A stretch of DNA of 64,000 bases from Pseudomonadota bacterium (GCA_043767805.1 JAYUGC010000066.1:1-64000), one strand, 5' to 3'; counted from the stretch's first letter, positions 29,265-39,596 are shown. The notes: generated by a model from the sequence alone, not told the origin. Numbers and translations are program-made.

Positions 29265-30341
29265 CTATTCGGCCGATCGGGCGTACTGGTCGGGAAACTT
29301 CACGGCGTCCCTTTGCCCGAGAGCGCGGGCCGCATGGACGGGCCAATAGGCATCGCGCAGTTGCTGCCGGCCAAGGAGCACGAGATCGGCCTTGCCACTC
29401 GCAATGATTTCCTCGGCTTGGGCGGGCTCGGTGATGACTCCGACCGCCGCCGTCGCGATGCCGGCGCCTTGGCGTATTCCCTCGGAGAGCGGCACTTGAA
29501 AACCAGGGCCGAACGGAATTTTGGTGATGTCGTTGCTATTGAATCCCGAGCTGCAGTCAATGAGATCGACGCCTTCCGCTTTGAGGCGCTTCGCTAGCTC
29601 GATGGAATCTTCGAGGGCCCAACCGCCAGGCGTCCAATCCGTGCAGGAAAGCCGCACGGTAAAAGGAAACTTGTCGGGCCAAACCGCCCGCATCTCGCGC
29701 GCGGTTTCCAAAACGAAACGAACGCGGTGGTCGAAACTGCCGCCGTAATTATCCGTGCGCTTATTGGAAAGAGGAGAATAGAAACTGTGCGCGAGATAAC
29801 CATGGGCGGCGTGGAGCTCTAGCCACTCATAGCCGGCTTCGAGGGAACGGACGGTCGCCTCGCGAAAGGCTTTTTTCACGTTCGCGATGTCGGCCAAAGT
29901 CATCGCGACGGGTGCGCGATCGATTCTCCCGCCGAAAACCTCCCCGGAAGGAGCGAGGGTCGACCAGCCACCTTCGGCATCTTTGAGCGATCGGCCGCCT
30001 TCCCAAGGCCGCGCCGTACTCGCTTTGCGCCCGGCATGAGCGAGCTGAATGCCGGGGACTGAGCCGTGGGCTTTGAGAAATCGTGTGATGCGAGCGAGCG
30101 GCTCGATTTGAGAGTCTTGCCAAAGGCCCGCGTCTTCGGGAGAGATCCGCCCTTCGGGCGTCACGCCCGTCGCTTCGGCGATGATAAGCGCCGCGCCGCC
30201 CACCGCGCGCGAGCCGAGGTGCACCAAGTGCCAATCGGTCGCGTGTCCGTTTTCGGAACTGTACTGACACATGGGCGAAACGCCTATGCGGTTCTTTAAG
30301 GTGACGGACTTCAATTTGAACGGATCGAATAGATGCGGCAT
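29265..30341 (-). CDS. NADH:flavin oxidoreductase, old yellow enzyme family (YqjM/NamA-like)
   Basis: SPMCQYS, QLAHAGRKAS, HAAHGYL, NKRTDNYGGS. Confidence 0.93.
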   Translation of the reverse strand: MPHLFDPFKLKSVTLKNRIGVSPMCQYSSENGHATDWHLVHLGSRAVGGAALIIAEATGVTPEGRISPEDAGLWQDSQIEPLARITRFLKAHGSVPGIQLAHAGRKASTARPWEGGRSLKDAEGGWSTLAPSGEVFGGRIDRAPVAMTLADIANVKKAFREATVRSLEAGYEWLELHAAHGYLAHSFYSPLSNKRTDNYGGSFDHRVRFVLETAREMRAVWPDKFPFTVRLSCTDWTPGGWALEDSIELAKRLKAEGVDLIDCSSGFNSNDITKIPFGPGFQVPLSEGIRQGAGIATAAVGVITEPAQAEEIIASGKADLVLLGRQQLRDAYWPVHAARALGQRDAVKFPDQYARSAE

Positions 30342-30359
30342 GGGGAAAACCTACTCCAT

Positions 30360-31646
30360 TTACTTCGGTCCGGCGAGAGACGGGCGGTGCAATTTTCCGG
30401 AGCCGGTGCGCGGAATGGATTCCTCTTTCGAGAACCCATGGGGGATGTGGTCGGGCGGTAACTCTCCCCTGAGCTTGCCGAGAGTTTCCCCCACGCTCCA
30501 ATTCGCCTGGATGGGAACGACATACGCGTGAGGCACATGTCCGAGAGTGGGATGCTCTTTCGCAACGACCGCGAGGTCGGAGAAATCCCCCGTGCGCCAA
30601 AGCGCATCGGCAATGACCAGAAGGCTCACCTTGTTTCCCGCGCATTTGAAAATATCATCGAGGCGCCCACTGAGCCGCAGCCGGCCGAGCTCGTCCATGA
30701 CGCCCGTGTCGCCGCTTCGCAACCAGCCGTCCGCCGTGAAGCCTTCCCGCCCTCTTCCGTCGTAGCCCAGCATCACGGTCTTTCCCGAGAACTGGACTTC
30801 GCTGGTCTCGGGATCGAGGCGCGCGTCGAGTCCTTCGATGGGCAGGCCGACAGAGTCCTCTATGCCACTCACCCTATCCCCGCCATTGATGAAGCCGCGG
30901 CCCGAGAGCTCGGTCATGCCGTACACGATATTGATTCTGGCTGCGGGGTGGCGGTAGCGGATCGCGCGGGCCGTCTCGGGATTCAAACGATCGCCCGAGG
31001 ACAAGAGCCACCGCCACGGCCGGCTGGACTCGAGCGCCCAACGTAAGGGAAGCGGCGAAGCGCCTAGCGCGTCCACGCCGAGCCGTTCCACTTCGCGCAG
31101 GAAGGCGCCCGGAAAATAACTCCGCTCGTGCCCCAGGTAAGACGCCCCGGATTTCAGCGCGACGAGAAAATGAGAAAAGCTGCTTACGAAAGTGTACGGA
31201 ATCGGAACGAAGAGGCGGCTTCCCTCTTCCAGACCGAGGCGCGCCGCGGACGCGGTGGCATTCGAGAGAATGCCTTCGGCGGAAAGCAGCGCCCCTTTTG
31301 GCGTTCCCGTGGAGCCGGAGGTAAACCAAACGGCCGCTTCTCCTTCACTTGGGCGGCGAATGACTTTATCCACCGCCGCGCGCAAAGCGTCCGAGGGCGT
31401 AGGCGGGCAGGGGACCGGGATGGAGCCGTTCAGCCAAAGAGCTACGGTATCGATCCAGTAAGCGAGACCACGACCCGAAGAGTTCAGAACGCGCTCGCCA
31501 GGCCGGTGCTCGCGCAGCTCTCCCTTGCGCTTCAACACGGCGGACTTGAAGGCGTCTGCCGTCAGCGTTTCGTTCTCGCTCTCTAATGTGAGTTGCGGGG
31601 CCCGGTCGAGCCAGTGAAGCACGGCCTCCCCGAGAGATTTGGCCAT
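30360..31646 (-). CDS. Class I adenylate-forming enzyme (acyl-CoA/acyl-ACP ligase-like)
   Basis: FTSGSTGTPKG, YGMTE, SGDTG, GRLDD, PRTGSGK. Confidence 0.9.
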   Translation of the reverse strand: MAKSLGEAVLHWLDRAPQLTLESENETLTADAFKSAVLKRKGELREHRPGERVLNSSGRGLAYWIDTVALWLNGSIPVPCPPTPSDALRAAVDKVIRRPSEGEAAVWFTSGSTGTPKGALLSAEGILSNATASAARLGLEEGSRLFVPIPYTFVSSFSHFLVALKSGASYLGHERSYFPGAFLREVERLGVDALGASPLPLRWALESSRPWRWLLSSGDRLNPETARAIRYRHPAARINIVYGMTELSGRGFINGGDRVSGIEDSVGLPIEGLDARLDPETSEVQFSGKTVMLGYDGRGREGFTADGWLRSGDTGVMDELGRLRLSGRLDDIFKCAGNKVSLLVIADALWRTGDFSDLAVVAKEHPTLGHVPHAYVVPIQANWSVGETLGKLRGELPPDHIPHGFSKEESIPRTGSGKLHRPSLAGPK

Positions 31647-31713
31647 GGCAAAGATTATACACGGACTTAAGTCAGAGACACGTCCGAGCGATCCAAGTGT
31701 TAACTTGGAAAGT

Positions 31714-34700
31714 TCAGCCCGTGGACGGGAGTTTGCCGGAACGCGCGCCCGCGCCGCGCGCCACCTTCATCTCGATGCCCCGGAGCCAGAGAAAACAGCG
31801 CCCGTTCTCGTCAAAGAGCGCAACCTCGCTCTTGACCGACGTGCCATCGGACTCGAACTGCTCGAGCCGCAGGCTCACCTTCTCGCTGGGCCGATGGGTG
31901 AAGTAGGTCAGCACGTGGGCGACCCGCACGGGCAGGCAATAATTCCCATTCCGCTCGATCTCGATGACGGCCGTCATCTGGAAGGCGGTATCGATCCACT
32001 GGATGAGCCGGCCCCAGAACGAAGCCGAGTAATCATTGGGAAAGAGATCGGCCAGGCCAAAGGTATTCAGCCGTGCGACCGCATCGCCCCGGCCATCGAT
32101 GAGAACATTCGACAAGGTTTGAAACGCGGGCCCGTGAAAGAGGCCTTGCGGCGCATAGATTTGCCGCTCTCCCACGGTCTGAGCGTTAGCAGCCTCGCGC
32201 CAAAGGGGCGGCAAGGCGGCCGTGCCTTCGGCTTCGCACGCGCGAAAGGACCCGTGATCGGAGGAAATCGTGATTTCGAGGACGCCCTGCCCTGCGCGCG
32301 CCTCCATCGAAAGATCGGCGCCCTTGTCGCCCACCACGATGGGACTTTGCGCGACGAAGTCCGCAAGCCCCACCCAGCGTTTGTGATGCAGGTAAAGCCC
32401 AGCCAAGGACATCGCAACCCCCGCCGCCGCCGGAAGGTAGGCGAGCCCTTCGATCCGGTGATCGGAGAGCATGGTATCGAACGCTGGATCAAGCCGCCGT
32501 ACGTAGCGATAAACGCCACGCCCGGCGACCGAGGTCCCCAACAACTCCGGGAAGCCCGTCGCGAGCGATTGGCCATAGGCGAGCCAATCGGTGTCATCGA
32601 AATAGAGCACCGGCCCTTCGCTTTGAAAAAGATCCTGGCGGAAAAGCTCCGCGGCTTTTTCCGGAGTGAGAAGCGAAAGCCCCTTCTGCACGAGCCCTTG
32701 GCGGATGGCGCGGTTCGCGGTCATACCCACGCCGTCCCAAGGCGGCCAGAGGAGAGAGGCCGCCGAGCCCGCGCCCCAAGCGGAGTTGAGCTCTCGGCAG
32801 AATCGATCGAGCACGGCGTTGGCCGCCGCATAGATGGTCTGACCCGGATTGCCGAACCAGGACACCACGGAAGAGAAAAAGAGAATCCGCTTTGGCGGAT
32901 TGGCGGCCACCGCGCGCACCACGTGCGCCGCCGACAAAGCCTTCGCCCAAAGCTCCGAGCGGATTTCCTCGGCGGTCTTGGCTCCCAGCGCCCGGCTGAC
33001 CTCGACGCCTGAAGCGTGGATCAGCAAGTCGATGCGCCCGTGTTTGTCCAAGATACGCTCGAGATAGGGCGCGACCTCTTCTTGCCTGGTCGCGTCCACG
33101 GTCTCGTAGCTCAACTCCGGATGTTTGGCCCGAAGGGTATCCAGGTGCGGCGTGATCTCGGTTTCCGACGATCGGCCGCAGAGATGCAGATGACCCACGT
33201 GATCAAGACCGAGGAGCAAGCTTTGGGTGATGCCCTTCGCGCCGCCGATGGCCACTACCACGGCATTTGGAGGAAGACTCTGCAAGGCATCCGGATCGGG
33301 CATGGCCTCGAGGCGAGCCACATAGCGAACGCCCTCGCGGTAGCGTACTTCCCATTCGAGGGGATCTCTCATCTCTTCGCGAATCCAACGTAACGCCTCG
33401 ATCTTCGGATCGGCGTCGTCCAGACGGATGTGTTTGAAACGAATCTCGGGCGATTCCTTGCGTAAGGCTTTGAAGAAAGCGGCGATCGCTTCCGTAATGA
33501 CGCTGCCTTGGCCCATGGTCACGAACCCGATGGTCAGCTCGGCCAGCTTGGGCTCGATCCGCACAACTTCCTGCACGGCCTCGGCCGCTCTGGGAAGCCC
33601 GGTCTCAAGCCATTGATTGAGGGACCCATCCGCGGTGAGCGACAAATCGCTCACGAAGCCGGTCGCGACAAAGATCACTTGCCGCGTGCGGCAGGAAGCG
33701 AGCTGCTGACGAAACTCAGCCGCGAGCGCTTTTGGATCGAAATCGGTCAGGAAATCCGCTGGGGTCAGCGGGATCATGAGCGGGGTCGCTTCGACGGAAA
33801 CTTCCCAGATGGGATCAAGCGCCTGAGGGAACCAAGCCACCCGTTTACGCTCGAAATGACCGACCTTTTCGGGCATCGCCTCGGCGCCCTTCGCGGCCGG
33901 CGCTTCGGTCTCCATGTAACCCACGAGATCTTCGACCTTCGTGAAGCGAGCGTAGTTGACCTCGCCCTCGGGCTTGAAGTTCAGGCGATCCATGACCGAG
34001 AATAGGATTTCGGTCTTCTTGATGGAATCGATCCCCAAGTCTTCCTGGAAACGATCTTCGAGAGAGATTTCCTCGATCTGGTAGCCGGTAATCTTTCCGA
34101 TGACGTCGTTGACGATGGAAAGTACGCGGCCCGCGGGCTTCTTTGCTTTGGCGGCGGCCGCTTTCTTGCGGGGGGTCTTACGGAGCAAGTCGCCCACCCA
34201 AAGCGTTTCCTTCGCTCCGCATTCGCGCGCCAAAGCCGAGAGCAGCGAGGTGGGGCCAATCTCCATGAACTTGGTGGTGCCGCCCTCGGACATCACGCCC
34301 ATCTGCCGGATGAAATCGACGGGCTCGACCAGCTGATTTTCGAGAATGAAGAAGATGTCATCGGCTTTGAAGTTCGTGGCGTCGACTTGGCGGTGGAGCA
34401 CGGAGGAAACGAAAGGAATCGCGGGAGGCGAGAAATTCCAGCTGCGGGACCGCAGGAACTTACGCATCACCGGCTTCAAGGAAAGCAGAAACGGGGAGTG
34501 ATACGGCTGCGGCGTGAGAAGGCGCTTCGCCTTGACCCCTTTGTCCTTGATGAGCCGCTCGATCTCGTCCACTTCGCCCGGCGCCACGGCGATGACCGTC
34601 TGGGTGGGGCTGTTGAAATTGGAAAGATGCACGTTGCGGCCGCGAAGGAGGACCGCCGTGCGCTCGCGGTCCGCGCCCACCGCCACTAGATAACCGCGCT

Positions 34701-35196
34701 CGTTGGCGGGCGGCGAAATCTGTTCTCGGTAGGTCACGAGAGCGAGCATTTCTTCGAATGGCACGACGCCCGCGGCGACCAGCATCGCGTACTCGCCGAA
34801 AGAATGGCTGGTCAGCACCTTCGGAAAGATCCCGCGGCACAAGAGCGAGTCGAAGAGCGCCACTTCGAGTACGAAGAGACTCAAATTCTGGATCGGTAAG
34901 AGGGAAGCCGGGTCCGCGCCTTCTTCGGCCAAAATATGAGAGGAGATCTTGGGAAGGCCGGCACTTACCACGAGCTTATCGGCCTTCTCGAAGACGCCGC
35001 GAATCTCGGGACGGTGGTACTGATCGCGGAGCATGCCCGGGTGCGCGGCGCCTTGGCCGGCAAAGAGAAATCCCCAGCTCGCCTGAGCCGTGGCGGGCTT
35101 CACTTGCAGCTGGTAGCCGCCGCCAAAGATAGACTCCGAGCGCACTTCGGCTTTCTGGTACCAGTTGAGGCCATGCAGGAAGGAAGTGCGGTTCAT
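31714..35196 (-). CDS. Pfa-type synthase subunit: AT-ACP-KR-DH
   Basis: FAGQGA, SHSFGEY, PYHS (AT); DLGIDSIKK (single ACP); GGAKGIT and GNPGQTIYAAAN (KR); DHRIEGLAYLP and LFHGPAFQ (DH); ATGA overlap with upstream KS gene. Confidence 0.88.
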   Translation of the reverse strand: MNRTSFLHGLNWYQKAEVRSESIFGGGYQLQVKPATAQASWGFLFAGQGAAHPGMLRDQYHRPEIRGVFEKADKLVVSAGLPKISSHILAEEGADPASLLPIQNLSLFVLEVALFDSLLCRGIFPKVLTSHSFGEYAMLVAAGVVPFEEMLALVTYREQISPPANERGYLVAVGADRERTAVLLRGRNVHLSNFNSPTQTVIAVAPGEVDEIERLIKDKGVKAKRLLTPQPYHSPFLLSLKPVMRKFLRSRSWNFSPPAIPFVSSVLHRQVDATNFKADDIFFILENQLVEPVDFIRQMGVMSEGGTTKFMEIGPTSLLSALARECGAKETLWVGDLLRKTPRKKAAAAKAKKPAGRVLSIVNDVIGKITGYQIEEISLEDRFQEDLGIDSIKKTEILFSVMDRLNFKPEGEVNYARFTKVEDLVGYMETEAPAAKGAEAMPEKVGHFERKRVAWFPQALDPIWEVSVEATPLMIPLTPADFLTDFDPKALAAEFRQQLASCRTRQVIFVATGFVSDLSLTADGSLNQWLETGLPRAAEAVQEVVRIEPKLAELTIGFVTMGQGSVITEAIAAFFKALRKESPEIRFKHIRLDDADPKIEALRWIREEMRDPLEWEVRYREGVRYVARLEAMPDPDALQSLPPNAVVVAIGGAKGITQSLLLGLDHVGHLHLCGRSSETEITPHLDTLRAKHPELSYETVDATRQEEVAPYLERILDKHGRIDLLIHASGVEVSRALGAKTAEEIRSELWAKALSAAHVVRAVAANPPKRILFFSSVVSWFGNPGQTIYAAANAVLDRFCRELNSAWGAGSAASLLWPPWDGVGMTANRAIRQGLVQKGLSLLTPEKAAELFRQDLFQSEGPVLYFDDTDWLAYGQSLATGFPELLGTSVAGRGVYRYVRRLDPAFDTMLSDHRIEGLAYLPAAAGVAMSLAGLYLHHKRWVGLADFVAQSPIVVGDKGADLSMEARAGQGVLEITISSDHGSFRACEAEGTAALPPLWREAANAQTVGERQIYAPQGLFHGPAFQTLSNVLIDGRGDAVARLNTFGLADLFPNDYSASFWGRLIQWIDTAFQMTAVIEIERNGNYCLPVRVAHVLTYFTHRPSEKVSLRLEQFESDGTSVKSEVALFDENGRCFLWLRGIEMKVARGAGARSGKLPSTG

Positions 35197-37244
35197 GGCT
35201 GAAAGTCGATTCCTTCCAGAGTGAACAGCGGTCCCTTGCCCACGTCCGGCACTTCTCCGGGCCGAGCGAGGAGCAGGCAATGGACTCCCGCCTTACGAAC
35301 GTCCGGCAAAGCTTCGTCGATGATGTCCTCGACTCCGATCGCCACTACGTAATCGCTCGTCTTCTGCCAGAGCTCGAGACGCGCGGCGCTCAGCGCGCAG
35401 GCAAACGAGTTCAAGTCGGCATCGACGTGGTAATTGGGGCCGTGAAAATCAAATTGATTGGCGACTCTACCGGCGATGACGTTGTCGAGCGTGCCCGGCC
35501 CGGCGTCCTCGCCGATTTTGGGATACCGTTCCCGGTGCGAGATGAGTCCTTTGAGGCCCGGCTCATCGCCTTTTCTGCCGCGCGCGAACTCCCAATGACG
35601 AACCCGGCAATTGAGCCAGGCGTCCAGACCGAGCGAACAGGAGGAGATGACCGCCACGCGGTCGCGGGGAATCTGATCCCAATCGAGCCCCGAGCGATCG
35701 AGCGCTTCGGACACCGCCATGAGGGTTAGTAGCTGGCTCACGTCGATCTGATTCAAGTTATTGGGCGGGATCTTAAAACCGTAGCTCGGAAAAAAATCGA
35801 GGAAGTTCTCTCTCGGCACAAAGCTCTGCGCGAGCACCGAGACGGGCCCGACCTCGAGCTTCGGCCGCTCGGCAAGCGCGGTCGTCTGAGAAAACGTTTC
35901 CAAAAAGAGATGGTAGTTCGTCCCGCCAAAACCCGCGGAGCTTACGCCCGCTCTCAACGTACCTTCCTTCGCCATGAGAACCGGCTTCGGATTCACGAAG
36001 ACCGCGGTGGGGGCTCGTTCCTCGATGTAACTTTCGAAGTACGGGGATGGGGGTGCCGTGCGATGGGTAAGCGCAAGAATGCATTTGAGCATTCCCGCGG
36101 CGCCGGCCGCTCCCTTGGTGTGCCCGATTAAGGACTTCACGGAACCGATGGGAATCGGCGTGGGCGCGCCCTTGAAAAAAGCATCGAGGGTGTCGATCTC
36201 GGTTGCGTCGCCGAGACGCGTGCCGGTCGCGTGGCATTCCAGAAAGTCGAGACGCGCGGGCTTGTTGTCGCCGTACGCTCGCTCCAAAGCGAGGCGCTGT
36301 CCATCGGAAGTTGGGGAAAAGAGACTGGCGCCGCGTCCATTCGAGGAACCGCCACAGCCCCGCAGGATCGCCTTTACCGGAAGCCCCGCCTTCATAGCGT
36401 CGTCTAAACGCACGAGAGCGAAGACCGCGGCGCCTTCTCCTTGATTCACGCCGTCCGTTTTATCGTCGAGCGGAAGGCAGCGGCCGTGGGACATGAGCCC
36501 CAGGCGGCTGAACAAAACGAAGTACTCGGGCGCAAGCTGTGTCTCGACACCGCCCGTGAGAGCGATGTCGCATTCCCGCGCGCGCAGTTTCTTCATGGCG
36601 ACGTCTGCCGCGGCAAGAGACGAGGCGCAAGCGGCCCCCACCAGACACCGTTCGCCGGGCATTTTGAAATGCCTTTGCAGGCGGTCGACCGCCGCCGTGT
36701 TGACGACGAGAGGAAGCGGCGTGGAGCGCTCCGCTTCTAGACGCCTAAGGGTGCTATCCAGGATGGCTCTCGCGGGAGCGCGCTCGGCGGCGGGTAATGT
36801 CTCGATGTGCTCGAGAAGGCGCGGTCGTTCTAGGATGAGCTTGTGCTCGGAGACCTGATCGTCGGGGCCAAGGGCCCCTAGAAACCAGCCGGCTTTCCAT
36901 CCCGCGCGCTTTGCCTCGGGGACCGTGGCTAGCGCCTGATGAGTCGCTTCGAGCAAAAAGACCTGAAAGCGATTCGTGTCTTTGAAATCCAGCCCATGCG
37001 CTAAAGCGAGCCGCCGCACTTCGGTTTCGGCGACATAGGCGCCGAAAGTGGAATAAGTTTTGTCGGGATCTTCGCCGGTCTCGTCCAAATAAAGATCTTC
37101 GGGCCAGCGATCGGCCGGAGCGCGGCGGATGGAGGGCTCGCCCGCGAGCACTCGCTTCCAAAAAGTGTCGGGGTTCGGTGAGTCCGGAAAGACGCACCCA
37201 ATTCCCACGACAGCAATATCGTCCTTATAAAGTGTATCGGGCAT
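35193..37244 (-). CDS. Pfa-type ketosynthase with truncated chain-length-factor-like C-terminus
   Basis: GAACASS, ECHATGT, GHTKGAAG catalytic triad; second degenerate KS (IPPNNLNQID, NVIAGRVANQFDFHGPN, no catalytic Cys). Confidence 0.88.
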   Translation of the reverse strand: MPDTLYKDDIAVVGIGCVFPDSPNPDTFWKRVLAGEPSIRRAPADRWPEDLYLDETGEDPDKTYSTFGAYVAETEVRRLALAHGLDFKDTNRFQVFLLEATHQALATVPEAKRAGWKAGWFLGALGPDDQVSEHKLILERPRLLEHIETLPAAERAPARAILDSTLRRLEAERSTPLPLVVNTAAVDRLQRHFKMPGERCLVGAACASSLAAADVAMKKLRARECDIALTGGVETQLAPEYFVLFSRLGLMSHGRCLPLDDKTDGVNQGEGAAVFALVRLDDAMKAGLPVKAILRGCGGSSNGRGASLFSPTSDGQRLALERAYGDNKPARLDFLECHATGTRLGDATEIDTLDAFFKGAPTPIPIGSVKSLIGHTKGAAGAAGMLKCILALTHRTAPPSPYFESYIEERAPTAVFVNPKPVLMAKEGTLRAGVSSAGFGGTNYHLFLETFSQTTALAERPKLEVGPVSVLAQSFVPRENFLDFFPSYGFKIPPNNLNQIDVSQLLTLMAVSEALDRSGLDWDQIPRDRVAVISSCSLGLDAWLNCRVRHWEFARGRKGDEPGLKGLISHRERYPKIGEDAGPGTLDNVIAGRVANQFDFHGPNYHVDADLNSFACALSAARLELWQKTSDYVVAIGVEDIIDEALPDVRKAGVHCLLLARPGEVPDVGKGPLFTLEGIDFQP

Positions 37245-37296
37245 TTACGAGCTGGGAGAGCGTAGAGGAAGGCTCTTAAAAGGTACGGCGTACCTA

Positions 37297-38118
37297 TTAA
37301 GATGATTTCTCTATTTTAACGCCTAGCCGCTCGAAGGCATAGCCCGGCGATCCCATGAAGTGATAGCCGCCATCGACGTGGAGCACTTCGCCTGTGGTAG
37401 ACGCGGAAAGGTCGGAGAGGAGAAAACCCATGGCGCGCGCCACGTCATCGCCGGTGATATTACGGCCTTGCGGGGACATGGCCTTGAATTTCTCGAGCAC
37501 GTCGCCGAAGACACCGAAGCTTTGGGTTTTAACCGGGCCCGCGCTCACCGCGTTGACCCGAATGCGCTTGGGCGCCAAATCGTAAGCGAGATAGCGGAGC
37601 GCCATGTCGAGAGCCGCCTTACACACCCCCATGAGGTTGTAGCCACTCACTACGCGCTCCCCGCCGAAGTAGGTGAGCGTGCCGATGGCGCCACCCGAGG
37701 GCATGAGAGCCGCCGCCTCCCGCGCACAGGCGATGAGGCTATAGCAGCTGACGTCCATGGCGACGCGAAAGCCTTCCCGGCTCGCCTCCAAAGTCGTGTG
37801 CTTCAAATCTTCGACGGGCGCGAAGGCGATGGAGTGCACCAGAAAATCGATGGCCCCCATTTCCCCGCCCGCCTCATTGAAGAAATGTTTGAGCGATGCG
37901 TCGTCAGCGACGTCGCAAGGGAGAACGAACAGCGGACTCAAAGCGTCCGTCGCCGTTTTTACTTTCTGCAGGTTCCAATCGCGGCCGGGCTTATCCGTCT
38001 GGTACGAGAGCCCTATCTCCGCTCCTTCCTTTTTCAGGAAAGTTGCGATGGCCGTCGCAAGAGACGCCTCATTCGCAATGCCCATGACGATGCCGCGTTT
38101 ACCGGTGAAAAGTCCCAT
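37297..38118 (-). CDS. fabI: Enoyl-ACP reductase FabI
   Basis: GIANEASLA, HSIAFA, YNLMGVCKAAL, NAVSAGPVKT, TTGEVLHVDGG. Confidence 0.92.
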   Translation of the reverse strand: MGLFTGKRGIVMGIANEASLATAIATFLKKEGAEIGLSYQTDKPGRDWNLQKVKTATDALSPLFVLPCDVADDASLKHFFNEAGGEMGAIDFLVHSIAFAPVEDLKHTTLEASREGFRVAMDVSCYSLIACAREAAALMPSGGAIGTLTYFGGERVVSGYNLMGVCKAALDMALRYLAYDLAPKRIRVNAVSAGPVKTQSFGVFGDVLEKFKAMSPQGRNITGDDVARAMGFLLSDLSASTTGEVLHVDGGYHFMGSPGYAFERLGVKIEKSS

Positions 38119-38213
38119 GGGGAAATTGTACCAGTCGGCCCCTTTTGGGGTGCAAAGTGCCCAAACGCGGCACCCCTCCGAGGGGAGAAGCACCTCCCCT
38201 CGAAGGAGGAAAC

Positions 38214-38229
38214 CGGAACACCTCTTGCA
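38214..38229 (+). promoter_or_regulatory. sigma54 promoter candidate (CGGAACA-cctc-TTGCA)
   Basis: GG-N10-GC with TTGC, upstream of ORF 38272. Confidence 0.5.
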
Positions 38230-38271
38230 CAAGAGAACCTCAGGGCTGCATTGGCCCTGGAGGCGGTAGGC

Positions 38272-38574
38272 ATGGACCCACACTGGCTTAAATACAAGAA
38301 CGACGACGAGATCGGACCCTTGCTCGCCAGCTACTCGCACACCGACGAGCAGCTCGACTTTCTCAAAAACGATCTCCGCGACAACGGCAATATCGAGGGC
38401 ATCCTCGCCGTCTCTCGCCGCCAAGTGGCCATAAAGTACAAAATCTCGAAGCTGGTGGGGGCCGAGGAAGACCGCCACTTCCAAAGGCGCATGAGCCTTT
38501 TGTGGATGCTCGGGGTTTTCGCGCTCGTTCTGGTCGGCGCGGCGAATCTTGCGCTGCGTCTCGGAATCTTTTAA
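38272..38574 (+). CDS. Small hypothetical protein with C-terminal TM helix
   Basis: RBS ggagg, MDPHWLKYKND...; hydrophobic LLWMLGVFALVLVGAANLAL. Confidence 0.65.
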   Translation: MDPHWLKYKNDDEIGPLLASYSHTDEQLDFLKNDLRDNGNIEGILAVSRRQVAIKYKISKLVGAEEDRHFQRRMSLLWMLGVFALVLVGAANLALRLGIF

Positions 38575-38586
38575 CCAGTTTTCCCT

Positions 38587-38614
38587 TAAACAATAGGCAG
38601 GTAGCGACCGATAG
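38587..38614 (+). promoter_or_regulatory. sigma28/FliA-like promoter candidate (TAAAC-N15-ACCGATAG)
   Basis: Close to TAAA...GCCGATAA consensus, 17 nt before the SPFH start. Confidence 0.55.
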
Positions 38615-38630
38615 AGCATTCGGTAGCAAA

Positions 38631-39596
38631 ATGCCCGCACCCAAACAACAAAACGGACTTTTCCAAGGCATCTACGAGTTCCAAGATCCGTCGGGCACTT
38701 TGCTCGCGGCTCGTATCCCGGCCTCCGGCTCCGTGGATCTCTACGACGGCACGACTCTCGTAGTGCGGCCCAATCAGTGCGCGATGTTCGTGCACAAAGG
38801 CCAAGTCGCCGACATTCTCACCCAAGGCACGCATACGCTTCGCACCGAGAACGTTCCGGTGCTCACCCGACTCGCGAACTGGCGCAAAGGGTTTCAGAGC
38901 CCGGTGCGCGCGGAAATCTGGTTCTTCTCTGGAATGGTTTTCACGGCTCGCCGCTGGGGAACCGCTCAACCGGTACTCACCAATCTCGACGCCGCCCCGA
39001 TGCCTCTGCGCGGGTACGGCAACTACAATATTTTCATCCGCGATCCCCGCAAGCTTTTCAAAAAGCTCGTCGGCACGCGCAGCTTTCTGGACATCACCGA
39101 GATCGAGGAGTTCGTCCAGAGCGAGATCCTCGCGGCTCTTCCCACTGCTCTCGAAGTCTTGAAATCGGTTTCCGATCTGGGCGCCTCGCACCGTCAGGTG
39201 GCAGCCAGGTTAGAAAACGATCTCGTGGCCCGGCTCGCCGAGTACGGCTTGTCGGTGACCAATCTCCAAGTGCTTGCTCTCATCCCGCCTCAGGAAGTGC
39301 TCGAGGCGCTGGACGCGAAGCTCGCCATGAAAGTGATCGGCAATCCGAAAGAGTACCTGCTTTACAAGGCGGCCAACTCCCTCGATGCCCTGCACGAGTC
39401 CGGCGGCAATGACTCGCTCCAGATGATGCTCGGGATGATGCTCGGCAAAGGACTCATCGGCGCCGATTATCACGAGAAAGAAAAATCTCTCGCGTCGGAC
39501 AAGAGCGCGTCCCAGCAGCGCTGCGCTTCGTGCAACAACATCACCGATGCCGTGAACCGTTTTTGCCCTCATTGTGGCCGGGAGCTTGCTAAATGA
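38631..39596 (+). CDS. SPFH/band-7 domain protein (YdjI-like) with C-terminal zinc ribbon
   Basis: LVVRPNQCAMFV..G, HTLRTENVPVL, RWGT, PLRGYG; CASC...FCPHCG. Confidence 0.85.
   Translation: MPAPKQQNGLFQGIYEFQDPSGTLLAARIPASGSVDLYDGTTLVVRPNQCAMFVHKGQVADILTQGTHTLRTENVPVLTRLANWRKGFQSPVRAEIWFFSGMVFTARRWGTAQPVLTNLDAAPMPLRGYGNYNIFIRDPRKLFKKLVGTRSFLDITEIEEFVQSEILAALPTALEVLKSVSDLGASHRQVAARLENDLVARLAEYGLSVTNLQVLALIPPQEVLEALDAKLAMKVIGNPKEYLLYKAANSLDALHESGGNDSLQMMLGMMLGKGLIGADYHEKEKSLASDKSASQQRCASCNNITDAVNRFCPHCGRELAK

Noticed and set aside
31639..33012. 457-aa plus-strand ORF inside the synthase gene
   Set aside because: Antisense shadow typical of high-GC DNA; no motifs
35193..35196. Possible frameshift splitting a single PKS gene
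   Set aside because: The junction is an ATGA stop/start overlap at a domain boundary, consistent with two coupled genes
17455..38118. One large glycolipid cluster joining the sugar-modification operon and the Pfa-like genes
   Set aside because: Separated by unrelated and oppositely oriented genes with their own promoters; no sequence evidence of linkage
37360..38271. N-terminal part of the 404-aa plus ORF (and the long upstream extension of fabI)
   Set aside because: Mutual antisense shadows; real starts are 38272 (+) and 38118 (-)
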